In this document: positions 9,321 through 18,594 of the stretch, in pieces
Position numbering within the stretch: the first letter of the stretch is position 1
How the letters are laid out: each line of letters begins with the position of its first letter
Assembly: GCA_028712255.1 (NCBI GenBank)
Contig: JAQTQJ010000002.1
Location: forward strand, 22,846 to 86,845
DNA: 64,000 nt
Direction: 5' to 3'
Source: Candidatus Omnitrophota bacterium
GTDB taxonomy: Bacteria; Omnitrophota; Gorgyraeia; Gygaellales; Profunditerraquicolaceae
Made by a program: the position numbers and the translations under genes
The notes under the pieces: generated by a model
Seen by the model: only the letters and a program-made list of their open reading frames with translations
The model's database searches: none
Told to the model about the DNA's origin: nothing

Positions 9321-10385
9321 ATGAATATGAATATCATAACTATAGACTGGAAGAATAATAAAATCAGGTTAATTGATCAAACTAAATTGCCTCTTGAGTT
9401 AGTATATATTGATATTGATAACTTAAAAAGTTTATGGAGCGCAATTAAAGAGCTAAAGGTGCGCGGAGCTCCGGCATTGGGAGCGGCTGCCGGTTTAGGG
9501 ATGTATCTGGGAATAAAAGATTATCCGGGCTCTGATTGGGGAAGTTTTAACCGTAAATTAAAAACAGTAGCTAAATATATTGCAAGTAGCCGTCCAACAG
9601 CCAGGAATTTATTCTGGGGTATTGAGAGGATATGCGAAGTTGTTTTAAAGAATAAAAATAAACCTATTCTTGAGATTAAACAAATAATTTTTTCTGAAGC
9701 CAAAAAAATTATGCGTGAGGATATGATCTCTTGCCGTAAAATGGGCGACTATGGCGCCAAACTGTTAAAGAACCATGATACAGTTTTAACAATCTGTAAT
9801 GCTGGGATTCTTGCCACAATCGATTACGGTACTGCTTTGGGGGTTATTTATTCTGCCGCAAAGCTGGGTAAAAAAATAAAAGTTTTCTCTTGTGAAACTC
9901 GCCCTCTTTTACAGGGGTCACGTTTATCTGCCTGGGAATTGCATAAACAAGGCGTGGATGTTACAATGATTGCCGATAATACCGCAGCGCATCTTATGCA
10001 TAAAGGAGAAGTAGACGCGGTAATTGCCGGAGCAGACCGGATTGCCTCAAACGGCGATTCCGCCAATAAAATCGGAACTTTTAACTTAGCAATTTTGGCT
10101 AAATACCATAAAATTCCTTTCTATATCGTAGCTCCCAAGAGTACCTTTGACCTGAAAATTAAAAACGGGCATGGTATTGAAATTGAGATGCGCACAAGAG
10201 AAGAAGTAGTCAAGATTCTCCTAAAAAAAGATACTGCTCCTTTTGGTGTGAAAGTGTTAAATCCCGCTTTTGATGTTACACCATCTTCGTTAATTAGTGG
10301 CATTATTACTGATTATGGAGTTATTCGGAGGCCGTATGTTTTAAATATTAAGAAAATTTTAAAAGGCAAGACTATCGCGAAATGA
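9321..10385 (+). CDS. mtnA: Methylthioribose-1-phosphate isomerase (eIF-2B alpha/beta/delta family)
   Basis: LKVRGAPALGAAA…, CNAG…T, GADRIA.NGD motifs. Confidence 0.85.
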   Translation: MNMNIITIDWKNNKIRLIDQTKLPLELVYIDIDNLKSLWSAIKELKVRGAPALGAAAGLGMYLGIKDYPGSDWGSFNRKLKTVAKYIASSRPTARNLFWGIERICEVVLKNKNKPILEIKQIIFSEAKKIMREDMISCRKMGDYGAKLLKNHDTVLTICNAGILATIDYGTALGVIYSAAKLGKKIKVFSCETRPLLQGSRLSAWELHKQGVDVTMIADNTAAHLMHKGEVDAVIAGADRIASNGDSANKIGTFNLAILAKYHKIPFYIVAPKSTFDLKIKNGHGIEIEMRTREEVVKILLKKDTAPFGVKVLNPAFDVTPSSLISGIITDYGVIRRPYVLNIKKILKGKTIAK

Positions 10386-10395
10386 AATTTGTATT

Positions 10396-10460
10396 GTCAT
10401 TCTGAGGGAGCGAAGCGACCGAAGAATCCAGATCCTTCGCCCTTCGGGCTCAGGATGACG
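10396..10460. repeat. Second full copy of the nested-palindrome repeat
   Basis: gtcattctgagggagcgaagcgaccgaagaatccagatccttcgcccttcgggctcaggatgac. Confidence 0.5.
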
Positions 10461-10496
10461 GAAAATGGTATTTTACAACAGTGCCAAGGTAGATAA

Positions 10497-11393
10497 ATGC
10501 AATTAAATAAAATTGGTGAATTTGGTTTAATTGAAAGGTTTCAGAGGATGATTAAAACTAATTCTTCTGTAATCCAGGGTAGCGGTGATGATTGCGCGGT
10601 TTTAAAGCTGGATAAGTTTAATTACCAGTTGTTTACTACCGATATGATAATTGAGGGGATAGATTTTAAAAAAAATGAAAATCTCAAGCTTGTAGGCAGA
10701 AAGTCCCTGGCTATCTCAATCAGCGATATTGCCGCCTGCGGTGGTATTCCTATGCATGCGGTAGTTGCCCTTGGCCTGCCGCAAAATATGCAGGTTAAAC
10801 AGGTTGACCTATTGTCTAGGGGTATATTTGATTTGGCGAAAAAATTTAATATTAATATTGTCGGAGGGGATATCAGCGTCTCGGATAAATTGATTATTAA
10901 TGTGAGTATGTTGGGCAGTGTTGAAAAAGATAAACTTTGCTTGCGCCTTGGCGCAAAAATAGGCGATATTATTATGGTTACCGGTGAGTTTGGCGGTTCG
11001 ATAAAAGGGAAGCATCTAAAATTCATTCCTCGCCTGAAGGAGGCGCGTTTTTTAGTGAATAATTTTAAAATTAATTCAATGATTGATGTTTCTGACGGGT
11101 TAATCCAGGATTTAGGGCATATTTTAGAACAGAGTTTGGTGGGAGCGGTTTTATATGAGAGCCTTATTCCGCAAAGCAAGGAGGCCAAAGGGCTAGAGGA
11201 TGCGCTTTATTCAGGTGAGGAGTTTGAATTGGTTTTTACGGCGTCAAGAGATCAGGCAAAAAAAATTATTCAAAATTCTAAATATTATTTTAAAGTTATC
11301 GGTGAAATTATGCCGGTATCATTTGGTTTAAAAATGATTAATCTTAAGGATAAATACTCTAAGATCAGGCTGCAGGGGTTTAAACATTTTTAA
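10497..11393 (+). CDS. thiL: Thiamine-monophosphate kinase
   Basis: GEFGLIERF…GDDCAVL N-terminus typical of ThiL, with PurM-like fold. Confidence 0.85.
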   Translation: MQLNKIGEFGLIERFQRMIKTNSSVIQGSGDDCAVLKLDKFNYQLFTTDMIIEGIDFKKNENLKLVGRKSLAISISDIAACGGIPMHAVVALGLPQNMQVKQVDLLSRGIFDLAKKFNINIVGGDISVSDKLIINVSMLGSVEKDKLCLRLGAKIGDIIMVTGEFGGSIKGKHLKFIPRLKEARFLVNNFKINSMIDVSDGLIQDLGHILEQSLVGAVLYESLIPQSKEAKGLEDALYSGEEFELVFTASRDQAKKIIQNSKYYFKVIGEIMPVSFGLKMINLKDKYSKIRLQGFKHF

Positions 11394-11861
11394 ATGGAAA
11401 AAATATCTACTTCGGTTAATCAAACATTAAAAATAGGCAGTAAACTGGCAGGCTATCTTCGCGGAGGTGAAATTATTCTTTTATCCGGTTGCCTCGGTGC
11501 AGGCAAGACGGTTCTGGCTAAAGGGATTGCTCAGGGATTAGGGATTAACAAAGATTTTGTAATTAGCCCGACTTTTGTCCTCTTGCGCGTACATAAAGGT
11601 AAGCATCTGCTGCAGCATTTTGATCTTTACCGTTTGAAATCTATCGAGGATATTTTTGCTTTAGGATATGAAGAATATTTTTACTCGCAGGCCGTAACGC
11701 TTATTGAATGGCCCCAACGGTTGAAATTTCTCTTGCCAAAGGAATTTTTAAAGATTATTCTATCTGTGAAAACTAAAAATAAAAGGCTAATTAAATTCAT
11801 CGCAAAAGGAAGAAAGCATAAAGAATTATTGGAGAAAATTCATGAATCCCGCACCTTCTAG
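11394..11861 (+). CDS. tsaE: tRNA threonylcarbamoyladenosine biosynthesis protein TsaE
   Basis: P-loop GCLGAGKT in a ~150-aa YjeE-family protein. Adjacent to tsaB. Confidence 0.85.
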   Translation: MEKISTSVNQTLKIGSKLAGYLRGGEIILLSGCLGAGKTVLAKGIAQGLGINKDFVISPTFVLLRVHKGKHLLQHFDLYRLKSIEDIFALGYEEYFYSQAVTLIEWPQRLKFLLPKEFLKIILSVKTKNKRLIKFIAKGRKHKELLEKIHESRTF

Positions 11862-11915
11862 AAATTTAACTATTAAAGCCGTATGGTTTGATGAATTAAG
11901 TAAGAAAGAAGGTGC

Positions 11916-12593
11916 ATGATGAAGATACTGGGTATTGATACTACTACTAAAATTCTCTGCCTTGGGGTTTATATAGACGGAAGGCTTTACGAATATAATC
12001 TCGAAGTAGGAAGGCACCTTTCAGAGTTATTGGTTCCGACTATCCTAAGAGTAGTAACGGCAGTAGGATTAAAAATTGCGGATATCGATTATTTTGCCTG
12101 CGGTCTTGGCCCGGGGTCTTTTACCGGCATGCGCATAGGGTTGGCTACGATAAAAGGATTAAGCATTGTAAGGAATAAACCGGTTATCGGGGTATCCTCG
12201 TTGGATATTTTGGCTAAGAACACAGACTCGACAGAGCGCTTAATTGTTACTGCTCTTGATGCCAGGCGCAACTTTATTTATTGCAGTTCTTATAAATATG
12301 AAAAGGGTTGCCTTAAACGTAAAAGTGGATATTTACTTTTAGGCCTGGATGAATTTCTAAAAAAATTTGACAATAAGCCAATAGTTTTAGGAGACGCCAT
12401 ATCTTTGTATGGCGATAAAATATCAACTCGTATAAAAGGCGCAATTCTTCTGGATAAGGATTATTGGCCCCTTAAGGCGCATAATCTTATGGAACTTGCC
12501 CTTATGAAAATTCAAGCCAAGCAATTTACTTCGGCTCTCAATGTAAAACCAATTTATTTATACCCAAAAGAATGTCAAATAAAGAAAAAATAG
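11916..12593 (+). CDS. tsaB: tRNA threonylcarbamoyladenosine biosynthesis protein TsaB
   Basis: ILGIDTTT N-terminus of the YeaZ/Kae1-like ASKHA fold. Confidence 0.8.
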   Translation: MMKILGIDTTTKILCLGVYIDGRLYEYNLEVGRHLSELLVPTILRVVTAVGLKIADIDYFACGLGPGSFTGMRIGLATIKGLSIVRNKPVIGVSSLDILAKNTDSTERLIVTALDARRNFIYCSSYKYEKGCLKRKSGYLLLGLDEFLKKFDNKPIVLGDAISLYGDKISTRIKGAILLDKDYWPLKAHNLMELALMKIQAKQFTSALNVKPIYLYPKECQIKKK

Positions 12594-13693
12594 GTTATCG
12601 GCCCACTTGGGCAGAGGTAAACCTTAATAATTTAGAGCATAATTTTAAAGAGGTTAAATCTTGCCTTGGTCTCCAGACAAAAATCCTGGTTACCGTAAAA
12701 GCTGATTCCTATGGCCACGGATTAATTGCTGTATCAAAAAGATTATCTGATTGTAATGTAGATTACTTAGGAGTTGCCTCGATTGATGAAGGGATTAAAT
12801 TAAGAAAGGCCGGTATAAAGACGCCGATCTTACTTCTTGGCCTGATCCTGAAAAAAGATATCCAGCCGCTTTTTACCTATCAGCTTACTCCGACTGTTTG
12901 TGATAAAGAACTGGCATCTGCTATAAACAGCAAAGCCGCTAAGCTAAAAGAAAAAAAAGCGTTGCATATCAAAGTAGACACCGGAATGGGTAGAATTGGA
13001 GTCTTACATGATGAGGCGTTTTGTTTAGTAAGGCAGGTGCATAAGCTTAAAAATATTATCATTGAAGGCGTCTTTACGCATTTTGCCTTCGCGGATATTA
13101 ACCGTGAATTTACAGATTACCAAATCAGTTTATTTAATAAGTTGATCATTGATTTAAAGAAAAGCGGTATAGTTATTCCGCTGGTGCATGCCGCCAATAG
13201 TATCGGGTTAATTGATTATAAACATAGTCACTTTACGATGGTTAGGCCGGGGTTAGTAATTTACGGGTTACATCCAAAGGGTGGCTTGAGTATAAAATTA
13301 AAACCGGTCTTGAGTTTAAAGACGCGTATCATTTTTATTAAGAAGCTCAAAAAAGGAAACAGTATAAGCTATGCAGGTACTTATATAACTAATCGCACAA
13401 GCAATATTGTTACTTTACCTATTGGTTATGGTGATGGATATCCTCGCAATCTTTCTAATTTAGCTCCGCTTTTGATTTCAGGAAAGCGATTTCATATCGC
13501 AGGCCGGATTTGTATGGACCAGGTTATGGTTGATGTGGGAAATTTTAAACCGAAAATCGGAGATGAAGTGGTTCTAATCGGCAGGCAGGGTAAGCAAAAA
13601 GTTACCGCTGAGGAGCTTGCGGATTTATCCGGTACGATTTCCTACGAGATTGTCTGTGGCTTAGGCAGCCGCATTCCTAGGATTTATAAATAA
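12572..13693 (+). CDS. alr: Alanine racemase
   Basis: PLP-lysine motif VKADSYGHG, with the later GRICMDQ C-terminal segment. Confidence 0.9.
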   Translation: MSNKEKIGYRPTWAEVNLNNLEHNFKEVKSCLGLQTKILVTVKADSYGHGLIAVSKRLSDCNVDYLGVASIDEGIKLRKAGIKTPILLLGLILKKDIQPLFTYQLTPTVCDKELASAINSKAAKLKEKKALHIKVDTGMGRIGVLHDEAFCLVRQVHKLKNIIIEGVFTHFAFADINREFTDYQISLFNKLIIDLKKSGIVIPLVHAANSIGLIDYKHSHFTMVRPGLVIYGLHPKGGLSIKLKPVLSLKTRIIFIKKLKKGNSISYAGTYITNRTSNIVTLPIGYGDGYPRNLSNLAPLLISGKRFHIAGRICMDQVMVDVGNFKPKIGDEVVLIGRQGKQKVTAEELADLSGTISYEIVCGLGSRIPRIYK

Positions 13694-13738
13694 AGGGGAC
13701 GGTTCTCTTGAAGAAGAGAACCGTCCCCTTTATTTTAT
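13693..13738. terminator. Bidirectional rho-independent terminator between alr (+) and lptG (-)
   Basis: Perfect hairpin aaaggggacggttctctt gaa gaagagaaccgtccccttt, flanked by T-runs on both strands. Confidence 0.6.
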
Positions 13739-14835
13739 GGTAATCTTGCTATAAGATAGAGGCTGGTGGATAAAACGATTATGTGGCTTAGTGATGCAGC
13801 TAGAAATGGCATAAGTAACCCGGATTTTCCAATCGCCAGGCATATGGCGTCTAAGACGTAATAGAGGAATCCTACGCTAATTGATATTCCGATAGCCGAC
13901 ATTCCCGTGGCACGTTTATGCATCAAGAGAGAAAAAGGAATTCCTAAGAGGATAATTATTATACTTGTAAACGGAGAAGTAAAACGTTGGTAAAGGTCTA
14001 CTTTTAAGTTTCGGATTACTCCGGTTGCTCCGCTTTTAGAAAGCCTCCAGATATAATTTTGCATCTGGCGTATGTTCATTTGTTCCGGTTTTTGTCTTAA
14101 CGATGCCATGTCCTCCGGGGTTTCTGGTATGGCCATAATTTCTTCTTCCATATAAAGCGGCTCATCGATTACCTGTCCATTTTGGTCAAAACTATATGTA
14201 ATAGTCTGAAAAAACCTCCATAATCCGTCCCGATACGCTCCTTTTGAAGCGATGATCTTACTGGTTAAGTTTTGGTTTTGATCATGTTCTAAAATAGTGA
14301 TTCCTTCCATAGTTTTTTTACTGGGTGAAAATTTACTGATAAAAAATAATCTATTCCTTAGGCCGTACATGGAAAGGTTTACAATTTCGTCAGACTTTTG
14401 TAGTTTACTTTTTAGCGAGCCTTCATCAATTTGGGCTTTAATTTTCTGGTTCTCAGCTAAAGAGGAGGGAACAAACCTGTCGCTTACCCAAAATACCGCA
14501 AAGCTAATAAGTAGGCCAAAAATCAGAGCATTTCTGGCGATATCAAATATACCTAGCCCACTTGAACGCATGGCAATAATTTCATTATTGTGATTGAGTT
14601 TTCCGAATGTGTAAACTGTGCTTAAGAGGCAGGCAAAAGGAGAGACCTGCACAAACATTATCGGTAAATATGAAAAATAGTAGCGTATTAAGAGTAAAAG
14701 TGTGGTTTGGTGTTTTATTATTTCATCCAGGTTTGTAAGCAGGTCGATGACAACATAAAGGAATAGGAAAACAAAGATACAGGAAATAAATATAGAGACA
14801 ATCGATTTTAAAATGTAGCGGTCTAAGATGCGCAT
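13735..14835 (-). CDS. lptG: LptF/LptG-family LPS export permease
   Basis: YjgP/YjgQ architecture: N-terminal TM helices, a periplasmic beta-jellyroll, and C-terminal TMs. Paired with the adjacent paralog. Confidence 0.75.
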   Translation of the reverse strand: MRILDRYILKSIVSIFISCIFVFLFLYVVIDLLTNLDEIIKHQTTLLLLIRYYFSYLPIMFVQVSPFACLLSTVYTFGKLNHNNEIIAMRSSGLGIFDIARNALIFGLLISFAVFWVSDRFVPSSLAENQKIKAQIDEGSLKSKLQKSDEIVNLSMYGLRNRLFFISKFSPSKKTMEGITILEHDQNQNLTSKIIASKGAYRDGLWRFFQTITYSFDQNGQVIDEPLYMEEEIMAIPETPEDMASLRQKPEQMNIRQMQNYIWRLSKSGATGVIRNLKVDLYQRFTSPFTSIIIILLGIPFSLLMHKRATGMSAIGISISVGFLYYVLDAICLAIGKSGLLMPFLAASLSHIIVLSTSLYLIARLP

Positions 14836-15926
14836 AGTTTATAGGTCAAGTATCCTGCTACGGCAGTAAAGATAATATTTGGAAGCCAGCAGGCAAGGGC
14901 CGCAGGAAGAATTCCCTCCATTGCCAGCGCCACTAGGCCAATATACAAAGGATAGTAGCAGACAATAACTAATACAGCGATTCCGATGTTAATAGATTTT
15001 TCGCGCCTGCGCGTAATAATTCCCAGTGAAGACCCCAGGAGCATAAATACTAAGCAAGTGAATGCAAGGGCTAATTTTTCGTGGATTTTAGTGATTAGTG
15101 GAGCCGGGCTGATTCCCTCGCTTTTTAATTTTTTTGCCTCTCTTTTTAATTCTTTAATTGTCATCTCTTTGTATTTTTTATCTACGACCTTATCCTGCAT
15201 TTGTGCCATATCCAGGTTCATAAAGTAAGTGCGGAAATTAAGTTTATAAAAGTTAGTAGGGTTTTCCGGATCGGGCTCATCGCTTGTACCGTCGATAAGT
15301 TTCAATTTAATGATATTCTTTCCGGGTATGGTAATAAATTCTCCTGCCTTGGCGACAATCGTGCGTGTAGGCTTATCATCTCCTTGAGGTTCATAGATGC
15401 GGATATTATTTAGGCGGTTTTTCTTTTGATCCACATGATAGATAAAAAGAATATATTTTTGAAAGGAATCGATAAATACGCCTTCCTCAAAAGCTGCGGT
15501 GGGATTTTTTATCCCCATTTCTTGTAGAACCCTGCGGTAAGCAAAATGCGCATATGAGGCAGCCTGGTCATTAAAAACTGCCAGAGCTAAACTTAAGGCT
15601 AGGCCGATGGCCAATAAAGGCAGAATTAATTTAAACAGGTTTACGCCGCTGGCGCGGATAGCAATTACTTCGTTATCTCCGGATAACCTGCCCAAAGCAA
15701 GCAATATCGCTACCAGTATTGATATGGGTAAGGTATAGGTGACGATGTAGGGGGTAAGATAGATAAAAATTTGTATAACACTAAATAAATCGACACCTTT
15801 ATTAATGACTAAGTCGGCAATACGTTTTAAGTTACCGATTAATACCATAACGAATGTCAATACTCCAAGGCATAAGAGAAGCGGCCCAACAAATTCCCTT
15901 AAGATGTAATTACGCAATATTTTCAT
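14823..15926 (-). CDS. lptF: LptF/LptG-family LPS export permease
   Basis: Same family as the downstream gene. The 13-nt overlap suggests an operon. Confidence 0.75.
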   Translation of the reverse strand: MKILRNYILREFVGPLLLCLGVLTFVMVLIGNLKRIADLVINKGVDLFSVIQIFIYLTPYIVTYTLPISILVAILLALGRLSGDNEVIAIRASGVNLFKLILPLLAIGLALSLALAVFNDQAASYAHFAYRRVLQEMGIKNPTAAFEEGVFIDSFQKYILFIYHVDQKKNRLNNIRIYEPQGDDKPTRTIVAKAGEFITIPGKNIIKLKLIDGTSDEPDPENPTNFYKLNFRTYFMNLDMAQMQDKVVDKKYKEMTIKELKREAKKLKSEGISPAPLITKIHEKLALAFTCLVFMLLGSSLGIITRRREKSINIGIAVLVIVCYYPLYIGLVALAMEGILPAALACWLPNIIFTAVAGYLTYKLCAS

Positions 15927-15928
15927 AT

Positions 15929-16654
15929 TTAGTTAGCTAAAGTCATAAGAAGCACCATTTTTGCCCCGGCTTCCTTTAGGCTTTTGGCTGCTTCGTTTGA
16001 GGTGGAACCGGTAGTTAAGACATCGTCGATTAACAGTAAATTCATATTTTTAATTAAATCCGGCTTAGCAACTAAGAAACTCATTTCTACGTTTTGACGG
16101 CGTTGCTGTGGAGTTAATTCTGTCTGAGTTTTGGTTGCTTTCCTGCGGATGAGTATATCACTTGCTATTTTTTTGTTAAATTCACCTGCAACCTGCTGAG
16201 CTAAGAGATTGGCTTGGTTGAATTCTCTTTCCCTTTGACGGCTTTTATGCAACGGGACAGGAATAATGAAATCAAGATATTCAATAGGCAGGTTATAATC
16301 CCTGATGAATGTATTCATGATGGATCCCAGAGGTTTTTTAAGGTAATCTTTACCGTTATATTTGAATTCATGTATCAATTTTTTTATTACTCCTGTATAT
16401 ACACATGGGCAAAACGCGCGGTCAAAATAAAATTTTGCGTTTGAACAATGTAAACAGGTATTTTTATCTATCGCTTTTATGTCCAAATGCCTGCCGCATG
16501 TTGCGCAGAAAGGAGGCAGGTTTTTTTCGATTCTTACCCAGCAGCTAGCGCAGATTGAGCCCTGTTCTTCTGTTAAATTTATCCTGTTTCCGCAGCTCAA
16601 ACAGCAGTTTGGGTAAATTAAATCCTTTAATCCTTTAAGCAAACCGGACAGCAT
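15929..16654 (-). CDS. comF: ComF-family protein (phosphoribosyltransferase domain with N-terminal zinc finger)
   Basis: CxxC…CxxC N-terminus and the PRTase motif LLIDDVLTTGST. Confidence 0.75.
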   Translation of the reverse strand: MLSGLLKGLKDLIYPNCCLSCGNRINLTEEQGSICASCWVRIEKNLPPFCATCGRHLDIKAIDKNTCLHCSNAKFYFDRAFCPCVYTGVIKKLIHEFKYNGKDYLKKPLGSIMNTFIRDYNLPIEYLDFIIPVPLHKSRQREREFNQANLLAQQVAGEFNKKIASDILIRRKATKTQTELTPQQRRQNVEMSFLVAKPDLIKNMNLLLIDDVLTTGSTSNEAAKSLKEAGAKMVLLMTLAN

Positions 16655-16729
16655 AAAGCTATAATAACAATGAAAATAAGCTTTGTCAAAGTAATTGACA
16701 GCCAGCTTTGGCGATAGTAGAATAACATT

Positions 16730-17290
16730 ATGAAAAACTTAAAAACCATGCAATTAAAAGATAAATTATTTGAATTATTGAATAAAGAGGCTTTAAAAAG
16801 AGGAAAATTTGTGCTTTCTTCAGGTAAAAAAAGCAATTATTACCTTGATGGCCGGGTAATTACTTTGGATCCTGAAGGTGCCTATCTGGTTGCCGATATA
16901 ATATTGGATATGGTTAAAGATGAAGCTTTGGATGCTATCGGCGGGCCGACTTTAGGAGCTGATCCTATTGTAGGGGCATTGGCTGCTTTAAGTTATATCA
17001 ATAAACAGCCAATTAAAACTTTTATTGTGCGTAAACAGGCAAAAGAGCATGGAACGCAGAGGCAGGTGGAAGGTCCGGAATTAAAAAAAGGCCAACGTGT
17101 GATTCTTATAGATGATGTAGCTACTAGTGGAAAAGCAATCCTGGAAGCCAAACAGGCTTTGGATAAAATAGGAGTAGTCGCCGAGAAGGCAATTGTGATT
17201 GTTGACCGCAACCAAGGGGCTGCTGAAAATTTAGCTAAAGCAGGTTTGAAGCTAGAGTCAATTTTTAAGATCGCCGATTTCGGTCTCTAG
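16730..17290 (+). CDS. pyrE: Orotate phosphoribosyltransferase
   Basis: GKFVLSSGKKSNYYLD and the PRPP-binding motif ILIDDVATSG. Confidence 0.9.
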   Translation: MKNLKTMQLKDKLFELLNKEALKRGKFVLSSGKKSNYYLDGRVITLDPEGAYLVADIILDMVKDEALDAIGGPTLGADPIVGALAALSYINKQPIKTFIVRKQAKEHGTQRQVEGPELKKGQRVILIDDVATSGKAILEAKQALDKIGVVAEKAIVIVDRNQGAAENLAKAGLKLESIFKIADFGL

Positions 17291-17298
17291 ATATTCTT

Positions 17299-18582
17299 GT
17301 GAAAAAAATAAAAATTGTAGTAGTTGGAGCAGGGCCGTCAGGGATGATGGCGGCAATCCATGCAGCATCTTTAGGCCGGGAGGTCATCCTTCTTGAAAGG
17401 AAGGCTACCTTAGGCAATAAACTTCTCTTAAGCGGCAAAGGCCGCTGCAATCTCACTAATACCGAAGAGCTGCAATATTTTCTGAAACGTTTCTCTAACG
17501 GAGATTTTTTAAGAGATGCATTTAAGAAATTCTTTTCCCCAGAATTAATCTCCTTTTTTGAGGAACGCGGTTTAAAGTTAAAAGTTGAGCGTCAAATGCG
17601 CGTATTCCCTCAGAGTGACCGATCATCTAGTGTCTTAGACATATTAAAAAAAGAATTAATTAAACAAAAAGTAGAAATCATTTGTAAAAGTAAAGTAGTT
17701 GATTTGCTTGTTGCTAATGGCGCAGCCAGAGGAGTGCGCTTAGAGGATCAAAAAGATATTGCGGCTGACCGGATAATTTTAGCCGGGGGAGGGGCAAGTT
17801 ACAGTTTTACCGGTTCCGACGCATCACTAATAAATATCGCCAAGAGATTCGGGCATACGATTGTTCCTCTAAAAGCAGGTTTAGTGCCGCTTGATGTGAA
17901 ACAAAGTTATCTTAAAAAAATAGAAGGCCTCACTTTGCGTAATATCAGGTTTTCCGCCAAAGTCCTTGGCGGATCCGCCACGATTTGTGGCGGAAAATTT
18001 TCCGATGGTAAAACACAGATTAACTCTGAAATAGGAGAACTGGTTTTTACGTCGACCGGAATATCCGGGCCGCTTGTAATTTCTTTAAGCGGCAAGGTAA
18101 GCGATTTATTGGGGCCAGGCAAAAAAGTTTATGTGGATATAGATCTAAAACCGGCATTATCGATTGAGCAGTTGGATGGGCGCTTGCTTAGAGAGTTTAA
18201 ATCCAACTCCAAAAAAATTATTCAGAATATGCTCAAAGAATTATTGCCTTTACGTTTAATTAAAGTTTTTACAAATATTACAGGAATCAACCCGCTTAAA
18301 AAATGCAGCCAGATTACGCAAGGCGAAAGGCAAAAGATCATTTCCTTGCTTAAAGGTTTTCGCATGGAGATTTCTGGTCCCCGTCCCATTGAAGAAGGTA
18401 TGGTTACCCGGGGAGGAGTGAGTCTAAAGGAAATAAACCCGCGCACTATGGAATCACGCCTGATTAAGGGATTATATTTCTGCGGAGAGATGATTGATAT
18501 AGACGCGGATACCGGCGGATTTAACCTTCAGGCAGCTTTTTCGACGGGGTATTTGGCGGGGGAGAGCGTGGCGATAAGTTAA
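17299..18582 (+). CDS. NAD(P)/FAD-dependent oxidoreductase, HI0933/BaiN-like (aminoacetone-oxidase family)
   Basis: GAGPSG dinucleotide fold followed by GKGRCNLTN, characteristic of the HI0933 family. Confidence 0.8.
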   Translation: MKKIKIVVVGAGPSGMMAAIHAASLGREVILLERKATLGNKLLLSGKGRCNLTNTEELQYFLKRFSNGDFLRDAFKKFFSPELISFFEERGLKLKVERQMRVFPQSDRSSSVLDILKKELIKQKVEIICKSKVVDLLVANGAARGVRLEDQKDIAADRIILAGGGASYSFTGSDASLINIAKRFGHTIVPLKAGLVPLDVKQSYLKKIEGLTLRNIRFSAKVLGGSATICGGKFSDGKTQINSEIGELVFTSTGISGPLVISLSGKVSDLLGPGKKVYVDIDLKPALSIEQLDGRLLREFKSNSKKIIQNMLKELLPLRLIKVFTNITGINPLKKCSQITQGERQKIISLLKGFRMEISGPRPIEEGMVTRGGVSLKEINPRTMESRLIKGLYFCGEMIDIDADTGGFNLQAAFSTGYLAGESVAIS

Positions 18583-18594
18583 GCAAATGATAGT

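Noticed and set aside
10622-11188. 188-codon minus-strand ORF
   Set aside because: Lies entirely antisense within thiL. Composition is typical of a shadow ORF with no recognisable domain.
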